The notes under the pieces: generated by a model | The model's database searches: none | Seen by the model: the letters and a program-made list of their open reading frames with translations, nothing else | Told to the model about the DNA's origin: nothing | Part shown: positions 48,131-58,260 of the stretch, in pieces | Position numbering within the stretch: the first letter of the stretch is position 1 | Layout: each line of letters starts with the position of its first letter | From: Glaucostegus cemiculus | Lineage: Eukaryota | Assembly: GCA_976551045.1 (NCBI GenBank) | Contig: CDPCPM010000171.1 | Location: forward strand, 2,914,001 to 2,978,000 | Direction of reading: 5' to 3' | Length of the DNA stretch: 64,000 nucleotides | Translations under genes and position numbers: made by a program

Positions 48131-50134
48131 AGCTTTATTTCTGACAAGGGAGGGACACTTAAACCTTCAGAGTGAGAGCCACTGTTGATATACTCGAGCC
48201 CTGGTGATAGGGCAGCTGAGGAGTGATGGATCCTGTCAGGCCTTTCAAGTGAGCACCATGACCTTGCTTGGTTGGTGCCCACCACATCATCCCTGCCAGG
48301 TCTGGGTATGGACAACACCTCCCACTGCAGTCAAATGAGACCTCTTCACCTCTCATTCCAGAATACACTTTTGACAGGGGAAGATGCAGGGATCTTCATC
48401 CAGATCAGCTGCATAATGGACTGTTGTCAACTGTTGCTGGAGAACCAATGACTCGAAGCCTCCTCTGATCTGCTCCAAGCTCCGGTCTTCAAGAGCAAGT
48501 TCTGATGTCCCTAACTGTATTGAAGGGCATTTGAGCTGAAGTGTTAAATTTTCTTTCCAGAAATGCTGCCTGGCCTGATGAGAGCTTCCAACATTTTTGT
48601 TTTGTTTTCATTCCAGACCAAGGTGTTCTCCATGACCAAATGCTACAAACTGGTCTGCTCTAAGGTCCAGGACTATGTTCTGAGGCTGGGTGCAGCAACT
48701 GCAAGGGTTCTGTGGGGAAGGGTCACAGTTTAAGGTCCTCCCACCTTTGCACATGAAGCAGTTGGAATCTCTTAAAACCCAATGAACTATTTGCTCAAGC
48801 ATTTTATATAAATGATAAATGGTGTCATGCTAATGTTAAAGAATGGGAATAACATAACTGGGGATGAAAATGTCGACGAATGTTAACAAGTAAACTTTTA
48901 ATGAATAAAATATATTGTGAGATAGAAGATAATTATGCAATAGAAATTTAACAGTAGATTAGTGCACATTGTGCCAATCACTATGCACTTACACCATCTC
49001 TCTTACACATACAAACATGTAATCTTGGGCATCCAGTCCATCTTACCACCCTCCTCTTCACTCCTCACACCTGAGGTTGTATTTGTCTCAGAAGCTTTTC
49101 ACTAAGATTTTTCTATCCCCTTCTCTGACTTCCAGCTCTCTGACCTTCTCCCACAGACTGCCTCCCTTCAGCCTCTCTGGGCACGCCCACCCATTTTCCT
49201 GACCATGCTTTGGTAACCATTTCTCAGTCCCAGGTGTGCTCCAATCCTTGGCTCCCAGACACACATCTGGCCCTATTCCCCACTGCACTCTCTCAGTGTA
49301 CCTAGCCCTGTTCCCAGGCATGATCTGCCCACAAACCTGGATCCATTCCAAGTCAGGTTCCAGCCCCAACCTCCCAGCTGCACAACTGGAAACATTCTCT
49401 AAGGTGTTCCGCCCATTTTTCAGGGACTGACAAAGGCTCTAGATCTGTAATTTTAACAAAGTTTCGCTTTCCACAGATGCTGCCTGACTTCCTGTGATTC
49501 CAATTATTCTGTTATTATTTCATCTAGTTTTTTTTTCATTTCAAACACATGAAAGGGAAAAGAATAGGTACATGGGCTGCAATAAAGATGGGTCAGAGGA
49601 AGCTCCTGTTGAGAAACATATTATAGACCTCTGGGAATGAATAGACTGTTTCTGTGAGCTAAATGCTTTATAAGACTATAAAATATTGGAGTACTGCTAA
49701 CTACTGCTGGTAGTATACAATTTTCTTGAAGAATCTTTCGACAAAAATCTACATTTATAATGTGTTCTTGATTTTAGTTGGTGCTGTATTTAATGACTAT
49801 GTTATTTTACTAATTGTCCAGATGCTAATAATCCATATAGAAACATGACTTAAAATCTCAGAATTTTAATTCATCCTAAAAATCAGGAAATAAAATTATT
49901 GGTGTCAGTAAAAGTGGCTGTGAGGTGTTGGTGGGAAACTATATAGACCATTACTGGGCAAGAACAGTATGTTTCCTTTCCTGAAGGAAACTAGTGAACT
50001 GGTTGAGTTTTAATGATAATCTGTTAGCTCATAACTCATTGGTTTATTAGCCAATGACAATTCTGTGTCTGACCTACTTGGCATCCCAGATGCCTGACAT
50101 TGTGGTCACTCTTCCTTAGCTGCAGTTCTTACTT

Positions 50135-51090
50135 TTATGTAAAACTTTGGTTAGGCCATATTTAGAATATTGCATGCAGTTCTGGTCGCTGGATTACAGG
50201 AAGGATGTGAAGGCTTTGGAGAGGGTTCAGAAGAGGTTCTCCAGGGTGTTGCCTGGATTGGAGTGTATTAGTATAAGGAGGGGTTGGACAAACTTAGATT
50301 GTTTTTTTCTGGCGTGTCAGAGACTGAGGGTGATCTGATAGAAGTGTGCAAAGTTATGAGAGGCATAGATAGGGTAGATAGAGTCTTTTTCACAGGGTGG
50401 AAATGTCAAATGTGAGAGGATATAGGCTTGTGAGGAGGGGGAGAGATCAAAGGAGATTTATGAGGCAAGTTGTTTTACACAGAGAGTGGTAGCTGCTTGG
50501 AGCCCGTGCAGCCGGGGGAAGTGGTGGAAGCAGATATGATAGCAACATTTGAGGCATTTAGACAGACACATGAACAGGCAGGAAATGGAGGGATACAGAC
50601 CATATACAGGCAAATACAATTAGTTAGATTGGCATACGTACAAGATGTTGAAAGGAGTGGACCAAGTGAATGTGGTCAAGCTGTTTCCCTTGGTGGGGGA
50701 ATCCAGGACTAGAGGACACAAACTTAGAATTAGAGGAAGCAGGTTCAAAACAGAGATAAGGAGGAATTTCTTTAGCCAGAGGGTGGTGAACCTGTGGAAC
50801 TCCTTACCACAGAAAGCAGTGGAAGCCAGATCATTGGGGATATTCAAGAAGGAAATAGATAGATATCTAATTGGTCAAGGTATCAAGGGATATGGAGATA
50901 AGGCAGGGATTTGGACTTAGAATAGTAGGTTTTTTTTTCCTTAACCTCTTTTTTTCCCCACCCTCCCTTCCCTTTGGAGCAGACTCGATGGGCCGACTGG
51001 CCTGCTTCTGCTCCATTATCTTGTGATCTTGTGATCAGGGTTGGCACAGATGGTGGTCCCATGGGCCTGTTCCTGTGCTGTCCTGTTCTA
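50135..51090 (+). mobile_element. CR1 LINE 3' fragment with a younger CR1 3' end (about 50636-51034) nested inside
   Basis: VRPYLEYCMQFWS..YRKDVKALERVQKRF in the old copy; LFPLVGESRTRGHKLRIRG..RRNFFSQRVVNLWNSLP in the young copy, ending in a TCTTGTGA tandem tail. Confidence 0.85.
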
Positions 51091-51795
51091 TGCAGATTCC
51101 AGATTCTGGTGTACATACTGAGCTGGCCTTCATCAAATCTCTCTCAATCTAAGCACAAGTAGAATTGGGAAATTGTCTTCCTGGACATGATCGTTGTGAT
51201 GAACTTCAGTCTCAGTGCTGGGTAGGGTTGGGGTGGTGGGGTAGTTGCAGAGTGCAGAACTATTATTAGATAGACTGCTTGGTATATGCTTCTTTCTTGA
51301 TATTCCTTTCACTGATGGCAGGCTCATTTAAACTGGATTGCAGTCTCCTTTTCATGTCAAATGTTCATGATCAAAGTCAACAGACTACTTGCTTACAATG
51401 ACATTAAGTAAAGAAGGTGGTCAGAAGCAGTATGCCCCTAAAATGGATAATGTAAGTAAAAGCTAGAAAATGATTAATATATTTAATGATCTCTTTGCAT
51501 CAGCGATTACAGTGGTAGGAGGAGAGGTTTTTTCTTGGTTTTCTTCTTGAGGTATTTTAACACCTGGGGTACAGGTGTTAAAATGTGGAAGATGCCTGTG
51601 CATTATTTCCTTAAGTGTGGGCTAGCAAATGCATACCAGCTACTGCACAGGCCAGGCAGAGCAAGGCCTTGGCCCAATAGCAAGGAGCTTTAAGGTAATT
51701 GGAAACCAGACTCTGCTGCATTGACTTAAGACACACATATATATTGACACACACATACAGATGCTTACTCATACTTTATCTGCATGCAGACATAT

Positions 51796-51926
51796 NNNNN
51801 NNNNNNNNNNNNNNNNNNNNNNNNNNNNNNNNNNNNNNNNNNNNNNNNNNNNNNNNNNNNNNNNNNNNNNNNNNNNNNNNNNNNNNNNNNNNNNNNNNNN
51901 NNNNNNNNNNNNNNNNNNNNNNNNNN
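51796..51926. other. Assembly gap (131 N)
   Basis: Run of N. Confidence 1.
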
Positions 51927-52244
51927 AATGAACCCACTGCAGTTGGGAAGGGAGTTTGAGGACTTAAACCCAGCAACAAAAAAGGAACTGTGATATATTT
52001 CAAAATAAAGATGGTGTGCAGCTTGAAAGGGAACCTGCAACTGGAGGTGGTTCCACGCACCAGCTGCCAATGTTTAATGGGATGCCAATCAAGTTTTATC
52101 CTGGATGGCATCAAGTTTTTTGAGAGTTACTGGAACCAGACTCATCCAGACAAGTGAAGAGTAGTCCATCACATTCCTAGCATGCCCATATTGATGATGG
52201 AAAGACTTTGGGGCCTCAAGAGGAAAACACTTGCAGCAGGATAC

Positions 52245-52425
52245 TGTTGTGAGAAATCAACATGACTGTCACGTGACAGCAGTGACGCTGACCAGAGGAC
52301 AGTATTGCTCTTTCTAATCGGAAGTCATCCTCCTGTCAATCAAGGTGCAGCTCCACCCACCCCTCAGGTGGGAGAGTATCCCTTGACCTTAAACCTGTCT
52401 AACCAGTTCTTTTGTCTTTGCATCG

Positions 52426-52503
<78 letters not shown>

Positions 52504-52703
52504 TGTTTATTTTACCCCTGTTGCGATCCCTCGTGTCTCGTGGGTATCCAAGTGTATGTGTGAGTGAATGTACCCCCGTTCCCGTCCATCCTGCCCTGCG
52601 TTCTGCATCTGTAGCTTATAATAAAGTTCTCTTTGTTAGTAAACCAAACTGGGTCCAGAATTCTTAATACCCCCAAGACCCACACAAACCATTTCCGGGA
52701 ACA
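52245..52703 (+). repeat. 5' LTR (459 bp, with (GT)n tract and AATAAA at 52620)
   Basis: Direct repeat of 55884-56316 with TGTTG...GAACA ends. Confidence 0.95.
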
Positions 52704-52705
52704 AT

Positions 52706-52723
52706 TGGTGCTGCGAGCAGGGT
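52706..52723 (+). promoter_or_regulatory. Primer-binding site, tRNA-Ser type
   Basis: TGGTGCTGCGAGCAGGGT, 2 nt after the LTR; 16/18 match to the complement of a vertebrate tRNA-Ser(TGA) 3' end as recalled (ACCCTGCTCGCTGCGCCA). Confidence 0.75.
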
Positions 52724-52758
52724 CTTGAGGGTGTTGGCTGGACACGAGCGTGGGCAGG

Positions 52759-54960
52759 ATGTTCTGGAACAAAGGAAAGAAGGACAGGGTAGTCACTGAG
52801 GAAAGGATCCCCGGGTGGGTAGACGAGAGCGAGGGATTTGAGCGCTTGGCCCAACTACTGGCCGGCCATGGCAGGCCAGTGGACTGGACCGAGCAGTTAG
52901 ATCCACGAGGTGCCAAGATGGGGCACCACGTGGTGGCCCTCCTCCAGAAGTCAGGGTTTCCCACCGCGAAAGGTAGTCAGAGAGGTGCCTTCTGGCTCCT
53001 GGCCTCCCTCCTAAGGCGCCAGGTGGAGACCACCAATCAGTGGAAAGATACCTGTGCGCAGAGAGAGAGAGAGATAGAGGGACTTAGAGCAAGGTGTTGC
53101 ACACTGCAGGAGGTTGTGCGAGCCGGGCCGATGACCTTGAGGCCTGGGGCACTGAGGTCGCCTGTCAGCTCATTAAAGTGCAACAAGCCCAAGCCGCCCG
53201 CAGGGCTGGCTGGCAGCCAGACCCTTTTAAAGTTCGAGCCTTGGTCCAGCAGGGGGACAAGATAGATGCATGGCTGGGGGATGGGGACATCCGGTTAGAC
53301 GAGAATGATGAGGGGGTGCTCGACAAAAAGGGGCTCCCTCGAGCCCGCCCTCCCCCCTATTCACCTGCAGGCTCGGCCCATCACCATGCGGTCCCAGGTC
53401 CACTACCGAGGCCAGGGGAGTCAGGATGAGGCTCCAGCAGGGGGAAGTGCCTGTGGTCTCTCCAAGACTACTGAGACTCGGGATTTCTCCATCAAGGAGC
53501 TGATCCAGCTGGCAGACCGGTACCGCCAGCAGCCGGGTGAGCACATGGCCACATGGTTGCTCCGACTGTGGGATGGGGGGGCCTCCAACGTGAGCCTCTC
53601 CCACTGGGAGGCATGTGCCCTGGGGAACCTGTCTGAACAACAGAGCATTAACAATGCCCTGCAGGCACCACATGGAGGGACTGGCAGTTCACAAGGTCAC
53701 AAGATAATAGAGCAGAAGCAGGCCAGTCGGCCCATCGAGTCTGCTCCAAAGGGAAGGGAGGGTGGGGAAAAAGAGGATAAGAGAAAAAAAACCTATTCTA
53801 AATCCAAATCCCCACCTTATCTCCATATCCCTTGATACCTTGACCAATTAGATATCCATCTATTTCCTTCTTGAATATCCCCAATGATCTGGCTTCCACT
53901 GCTTTCTGTGGTAAGGAGTTCCACAGGTTCACCACCCTCTGGCTAAAATGTTGTTTAATGTTGTTTTCCACTCTGAATTTTACCTCAGCTATGGGGCACT
54001 ATTGATAACAGATTGTGAAGGTGGAAATTACTGAGATAATCTAAGAATACAGTACTAAAACCACAGGCTTCTGTTCTTTGCAATTTTACTTCAAAAATTT
54101 GCTCTAATTTACATATTGCAAAGTCCCAAAAATGAACATGAGATCCACTAAATAATATGTTTTATGATATGTACCATATCATCTGATATTAAAGAATGGG
54201 ATAAAGGCACAAAGAGGAAAATCTTAGCTCAGTAAATCAAGTAGCAGAATTAGCTAAGAAACTGCAATGAGCGGAAAATATTGGCGAAATAGCCCCCCAA
54301 ACAGTTGCAGTTATCAAAGCATAGAATAAGTCAGGAAATTAGACATACAGATAATAAAAATAACAATCATGGGAAGCACTAATATACATATAGACTGTCA
54401 AGCCAAGCTAACAGCAATACCTTTGAGGATGAATTCATGGAGCTAGTTTTCTAGATCAGCATGTTGAGGAACCCAGGTTGGAAGAGGCTATTTTAGATCT
54501 AGTACTATGTAATGAGAAAAGACTAGTTGATGATCTGGTAGTTACATGAACTGCAGGGTACAATGATCACAACAGCATACGATTTGGACTGGGAACAGCA
54601 CCACCCTGTGGGACCGGGTGGTGACTGCAGTGAGGGTCCAGTACCCTACCCTCCTCGAATGGGACTTATATGGGTGGCCACAGTGGAGCACAGTCAGTGA
54701 GGGCACCAGGGTTGTCAGGGAATGGGCGCTGGTGACTGGCATCTATATCATGGGTTGTTAGAAGACACCAGGGTGACCAGATCACTAACAGGGTACCTGG
54801 TCACCACAGCGTGCCCCGACTTGAGGCCAGTGGTCCTGCCCCTCATGGGACCGGCCAGTGGGAAGACCGTGCAGGATGCCATCTCCCTCCTGGAAGGGCT
54901 GGAGTTCTTGCAGCGGGGGAAGCCCACCCAGGTCTGCAGAGCAGAGACGAGGGGTTGGAG
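52759..54960 (+). pseudogene. gag: ERV-L/Fv1-like gag, frameshifted and interrupted by a 0.9-kb insertion
   Basis: FKVRALVQQGDKIDAWLGDGDI, FSIKELIQLADRYRQQPGEHMATWLLRLWDGGASNVSLS, TLWDRVVTAVRVQYPT, WSTVSEGTRVVREW and EDTRVTRSL...KTVQDAISLL parallel ERV-L gag blocks; at least 3 frameshifts. Confidence 0.85.
53685..54585 (-). mobile_element. Composite CR1 insertion in gag, flanked by a GGACTGG duplication
   Basis: Young CR1 3' end (minus, 53689-53947) joined to ~640 bp containing a decayed CR1 endonuclease piece; GGACTGG at 53678-53684 and 54586-54592. Confidence 0.8.
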
Positions 54961-54974
54961 GGGTCCCTTTTGCC

Positions 54975-55380
54975 CGCAAAGGAAGTCAAGGTCCGTATGG
55001 CTGTCGGGAACCAACCTCCTAGGACTGTGGCTGTCTTAGTTGCAGATTTGCCCAAATGCATACTGGGGATGAATGTAGGGACAGTCCCTACACACCAATC
55101 AAGGCAAGTTCATTTTTGGAGTCACCCATGCTACAGTGGTGGCCAGGGCGGCCAAATGGGAACCGGTTGTTGTCCCCTCTCCCCCCAAGGTTGCCTGCAG
55201 TTGGCAGTATAGGGTGCCCGGGGGACATCAAGGTAGTACAGAGGCCATGCAAGCCGTACTGCAGGAGGGAGTCATTAGGCACGCAGCCTCCCCTTTTACA
55301 AGCCCTGTCTGGCCCGTTTGCAAAAAGAGCAGGACGCGGCGCATGAGGGTGAACTTGAACAAGGCTGCTCCCCTTGCTTC
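54975..55380 (+). pseudogene. pol: Retroviral protease C-half and N-terminal RT fragment
   Basis: VKVRMAVGNQPPRTVAVLVADLPKCILGMNV; AKWEPVVVP...QYRVPGG...EGVIRHAASPFTSPVWPVCKK...MRVNLNK; no YxDD, RNase H or integrase seen. Confidence 0.85.
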
Positions 55381-55883
55381 AACTCCCCCTAGCAGTGGCA
55401 GCCACCCATTACATTGGACCCCCCCCCCCCCCCAGAGAGGAGAAGTTGTTGCGTGTGGTCCCGGGGACACTCATTGGTTTGCGGTCCCGGGTCGAACTAA
55501 CCTGTCCTGCCTCCATACCCAGCACCTGACCCGCCGGGAATGAGTTTGTTTCCCCCACTACAGGATGATGGCACTGCTCTGCCCCTGCATCTCCCCCTGC
55601 TGACTGCGATGATTGAACAGATGTCTGCTGAACTTTCTTTGAATCTACCCCTGAATACCGGCACCCACCATTGAAGCCTTGCTATCAATGATGACTCCTC
55701 TGGCTGCTCATCAGAATAGATTGTTTACATGGACTCTCTTGTTTTTATTAGTTTCCCTTTTATCCCCGTTGCGTCGGTGTTACGCGGTTCGGTCCCTCTG
55801 CGTGTGTCTCGATCTTATGATTTCTGTATGTCCTGATAGTTTCTCCCTTAATTGGCAGATCGTCTGACTTCCGAAGGGTGGAA

Positions 55884-56074
55884 TGTTGTGAGAAAGCAAC
55901 ATGACTGTCACGTGACAGCAGTGACACTGACCCCCGCTGACCAGAGGACAGTATTGCTCTTTCTAATCGGAAGTCATCCTCCTGTCAATCAAAGTGCAGC
56001 TCCACCCACCCCTCAGGTGGGAGAGTATCCCTTGACCCTAAACCTGTCTAACCAGTTCTTTTGTCTTTGCATCG

Positions 56075-56115
<41 letters not shown>

Positions 56116-56316
56116 GTTTATTTTACCCCTGTTGCGATCCCTCGTGTCTCGCGGGTATCCAAGTGTGTGTGTGTGAGTGAATGTACCCCCGTTCCCGTCC
56201 ATCCTGCCCTGTGTTCTGCATCTGTAGCTTATAATAAAGTTCTCTTTGTTAGTAAACCAAACTGGGTCCAGAATTCTTAATACCCCCAAGACCCACACGA
56301 ACCATTTCCGGGAACA
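55884..56316 (+). repeat. 3' LTR (433 bp)
   Basis: Direct repeat of the 5' LTR, preceded by purine tract GAAGGGTGGAA. Confidence 0.95.
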
Positions 56317-58111
56317 GATACCCACTCTACGGTCTCTACGTGGCTGATTGAGTTGAGTTTCTGGTCAGTAGTGAGCCCCAGGATATTAGTGGTGGTCAGT
56401 AATGGTAATGCCATTGAATGTAAAGGGTAGATGGGTAACTGTTGAAGATGGTCACTGCTTGGCACAATTGTGGCAACAAATGCCACTTATTATCTCTTGC
56501 ATGAATGTTTGTATGGACATCCAGAAGACAATTGATATAATTTATTATAAGACGGTAAAGTTGAAATTCATAAAATTGAAGTCAATTTTTGACCTAACTA
56601 GGACATGGAATAAGGAACAAGGAGACAGAGAGTAGGGTTAATGGGCAGGTGATCAAATTAACAGGAATCAGACTGTGGAGTCCTGCAATGAACTGTGTCG
56701 GGGCTACAACTACTTTCAGTGTTTAATAGTTCTGCTGATGGGATCAAAAGATATGGATCCAGGTTGGACAATATCACATTATTGTATTTGTGCTTAGTTG
56801 CCATGTAAATAGTATAGAAAATCTGTGAAAAATGGATTTTAATATAGACAAATTTGGTCATCCTTTCTGGAACCAACAAAGAATAGAAGTTGAGTTTCTA
56901 AGTGGCAAAAATCTGGAATCTGTGGAAGTCCAGGGAGACTGGGATTCATGTCCATACACCATTAAAATATAGACATGTGCAGGAAAAAAATCAGAATGGA
57001 AAATGGAACTCTTATATCTGGAGGAGTGGCATCCAAGGATATATAGATACAATGCCACATGTGAAGAAATCTCTGCTTTGATTATGCTGGGGTTCTGGGC
57101 ACCACACCTTAAGAAGGATGCAGTATACTGACCTTGGATGGAGAGTAATATATTTTTACCAAAATTATACCTGTATTCCAAGGTTAAATTCCGAGGAGAG
57201 ATTACACCAACCAGGGTCATTATTCTCAGAATTTAGAAGGTAAAGGGATTATTTGATTGGAATTTTCAAGATATTCTCTCCTAGTAGGCTAGTCTCAGTG
57301 GGCATTGTCTTAAAATTAAAGCTTTTTAGAAAATCAAAAGACTGCAGGTGCTGGAAATCTGAAATAAAACCAGAAATTGCTGGAAACACTTAGCAGGTCA
57401 GCCAGTGTCTTAGCGAGAAAAAGAGTTAATGTTTCAGGTCAAAGATCCTTTACCAGAACATAGTTAACTTTGTTTTCTTTTGAGACTGAAATTAGGAACC
57501 TCTTCTATGTACAAAGAGTGTTGGAGAGTTGAAATTCTTTTCCGCAAACAGCAAATTCTGAAATTGACATTATTTTGTTATTCGGAATTTTGAATGATAA
57601 AAGTTAAATGGATTTAGGAAATAGATCAGCCACAGTCGTATTTAATGGCAGAACAATCTTAGGGGTTTTGGATCCTGTCTTCCAAAACCAATACTCTGAA
57701 TTAATAGGTGATAGAAGCTGACTGTACTGCAGTTATCTTAAGTTGCTACAGATGATTTAAGGTATAATAATGCATAATCAACATAATTTAATGTTAATGC
57801 CATCTATGATAACATGACGGTTAAGCAATGACAATTACAATAAGTGCTTGGTCCTATTAGGCCAAGGTAGCAGTTGTATTCAAGAGGCTACTGTCATGCT
57901 TCTAGCATTGAGTCTTGCTAATATAGCACCAAAGCCTTTTATTTGCATCTTCCACTTAAAATTATTGATCTTAACATTAATAAGCACTTTTTTGAACAAT
58001 TAGTTGTATTTGTGCTTAGTTGCTATGAATCCACAGACTGAAGAAGCTTACTAAAAGATTTAATAATTCATTATTTTCTGTTCTGCTTAACTTTAAAGTC
58101 ATCTGTGAACA

Positions 58112-58260
58112 TTACACATATTCAGGTACTCTCATCTCTGTCTTGTTTTTCTTTGGATCTTCCCCACCATTGGGGTATAATAACCAAGTAACGAGGACAA
58201 CCGTGTGTAGGATGAACACAACCATCAATCGAAAGCCCACTGCCTTTGGCCAGAGCAGTT
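58112..58260 (-). CDS. Transmembrane/cytoplasmic exon with TM arginine (frame not in ORF track)
   Basis: Acceptor ttctctccatcag; phase-1 frame gives a hydrophobic segment AVGFRLMVVFILHTVVLVTWLLY, a ~20-aa tail and TAA. Confidence 0.75.

Larger units (their letters stand above)
52245..56316 (+). mobile_element. Class III (ERV-L/HERV-S-like) endogenous retrovirus, internally deleted provirus
   Basis: TG...CA LTRs at 52245-52703 and 55884-56316; 5-bp TSD GATAC at 52240-52244 and 56317-56321; PBS and PPT present; ERV-L-like gag, protease and RT fragments. Confidence 0.92.

Noticed and set aside
48130-48520. Possible head-to-head gene (C12orf60-like) next to the WBP11 promoter
   Set aside because: Only short ORFs, with no recognisable similarity.
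52305-52667. CVCVCV-containing ORFs (also 55852-56280)
   Set aside because: They are translations of the LTR GT microsatellite.
52759-54960. Domesticated Fv1-like restriction gene
   Set aside because: Gag has several frameshifts and a 0.9-kb insertion and still sits in a provirus.
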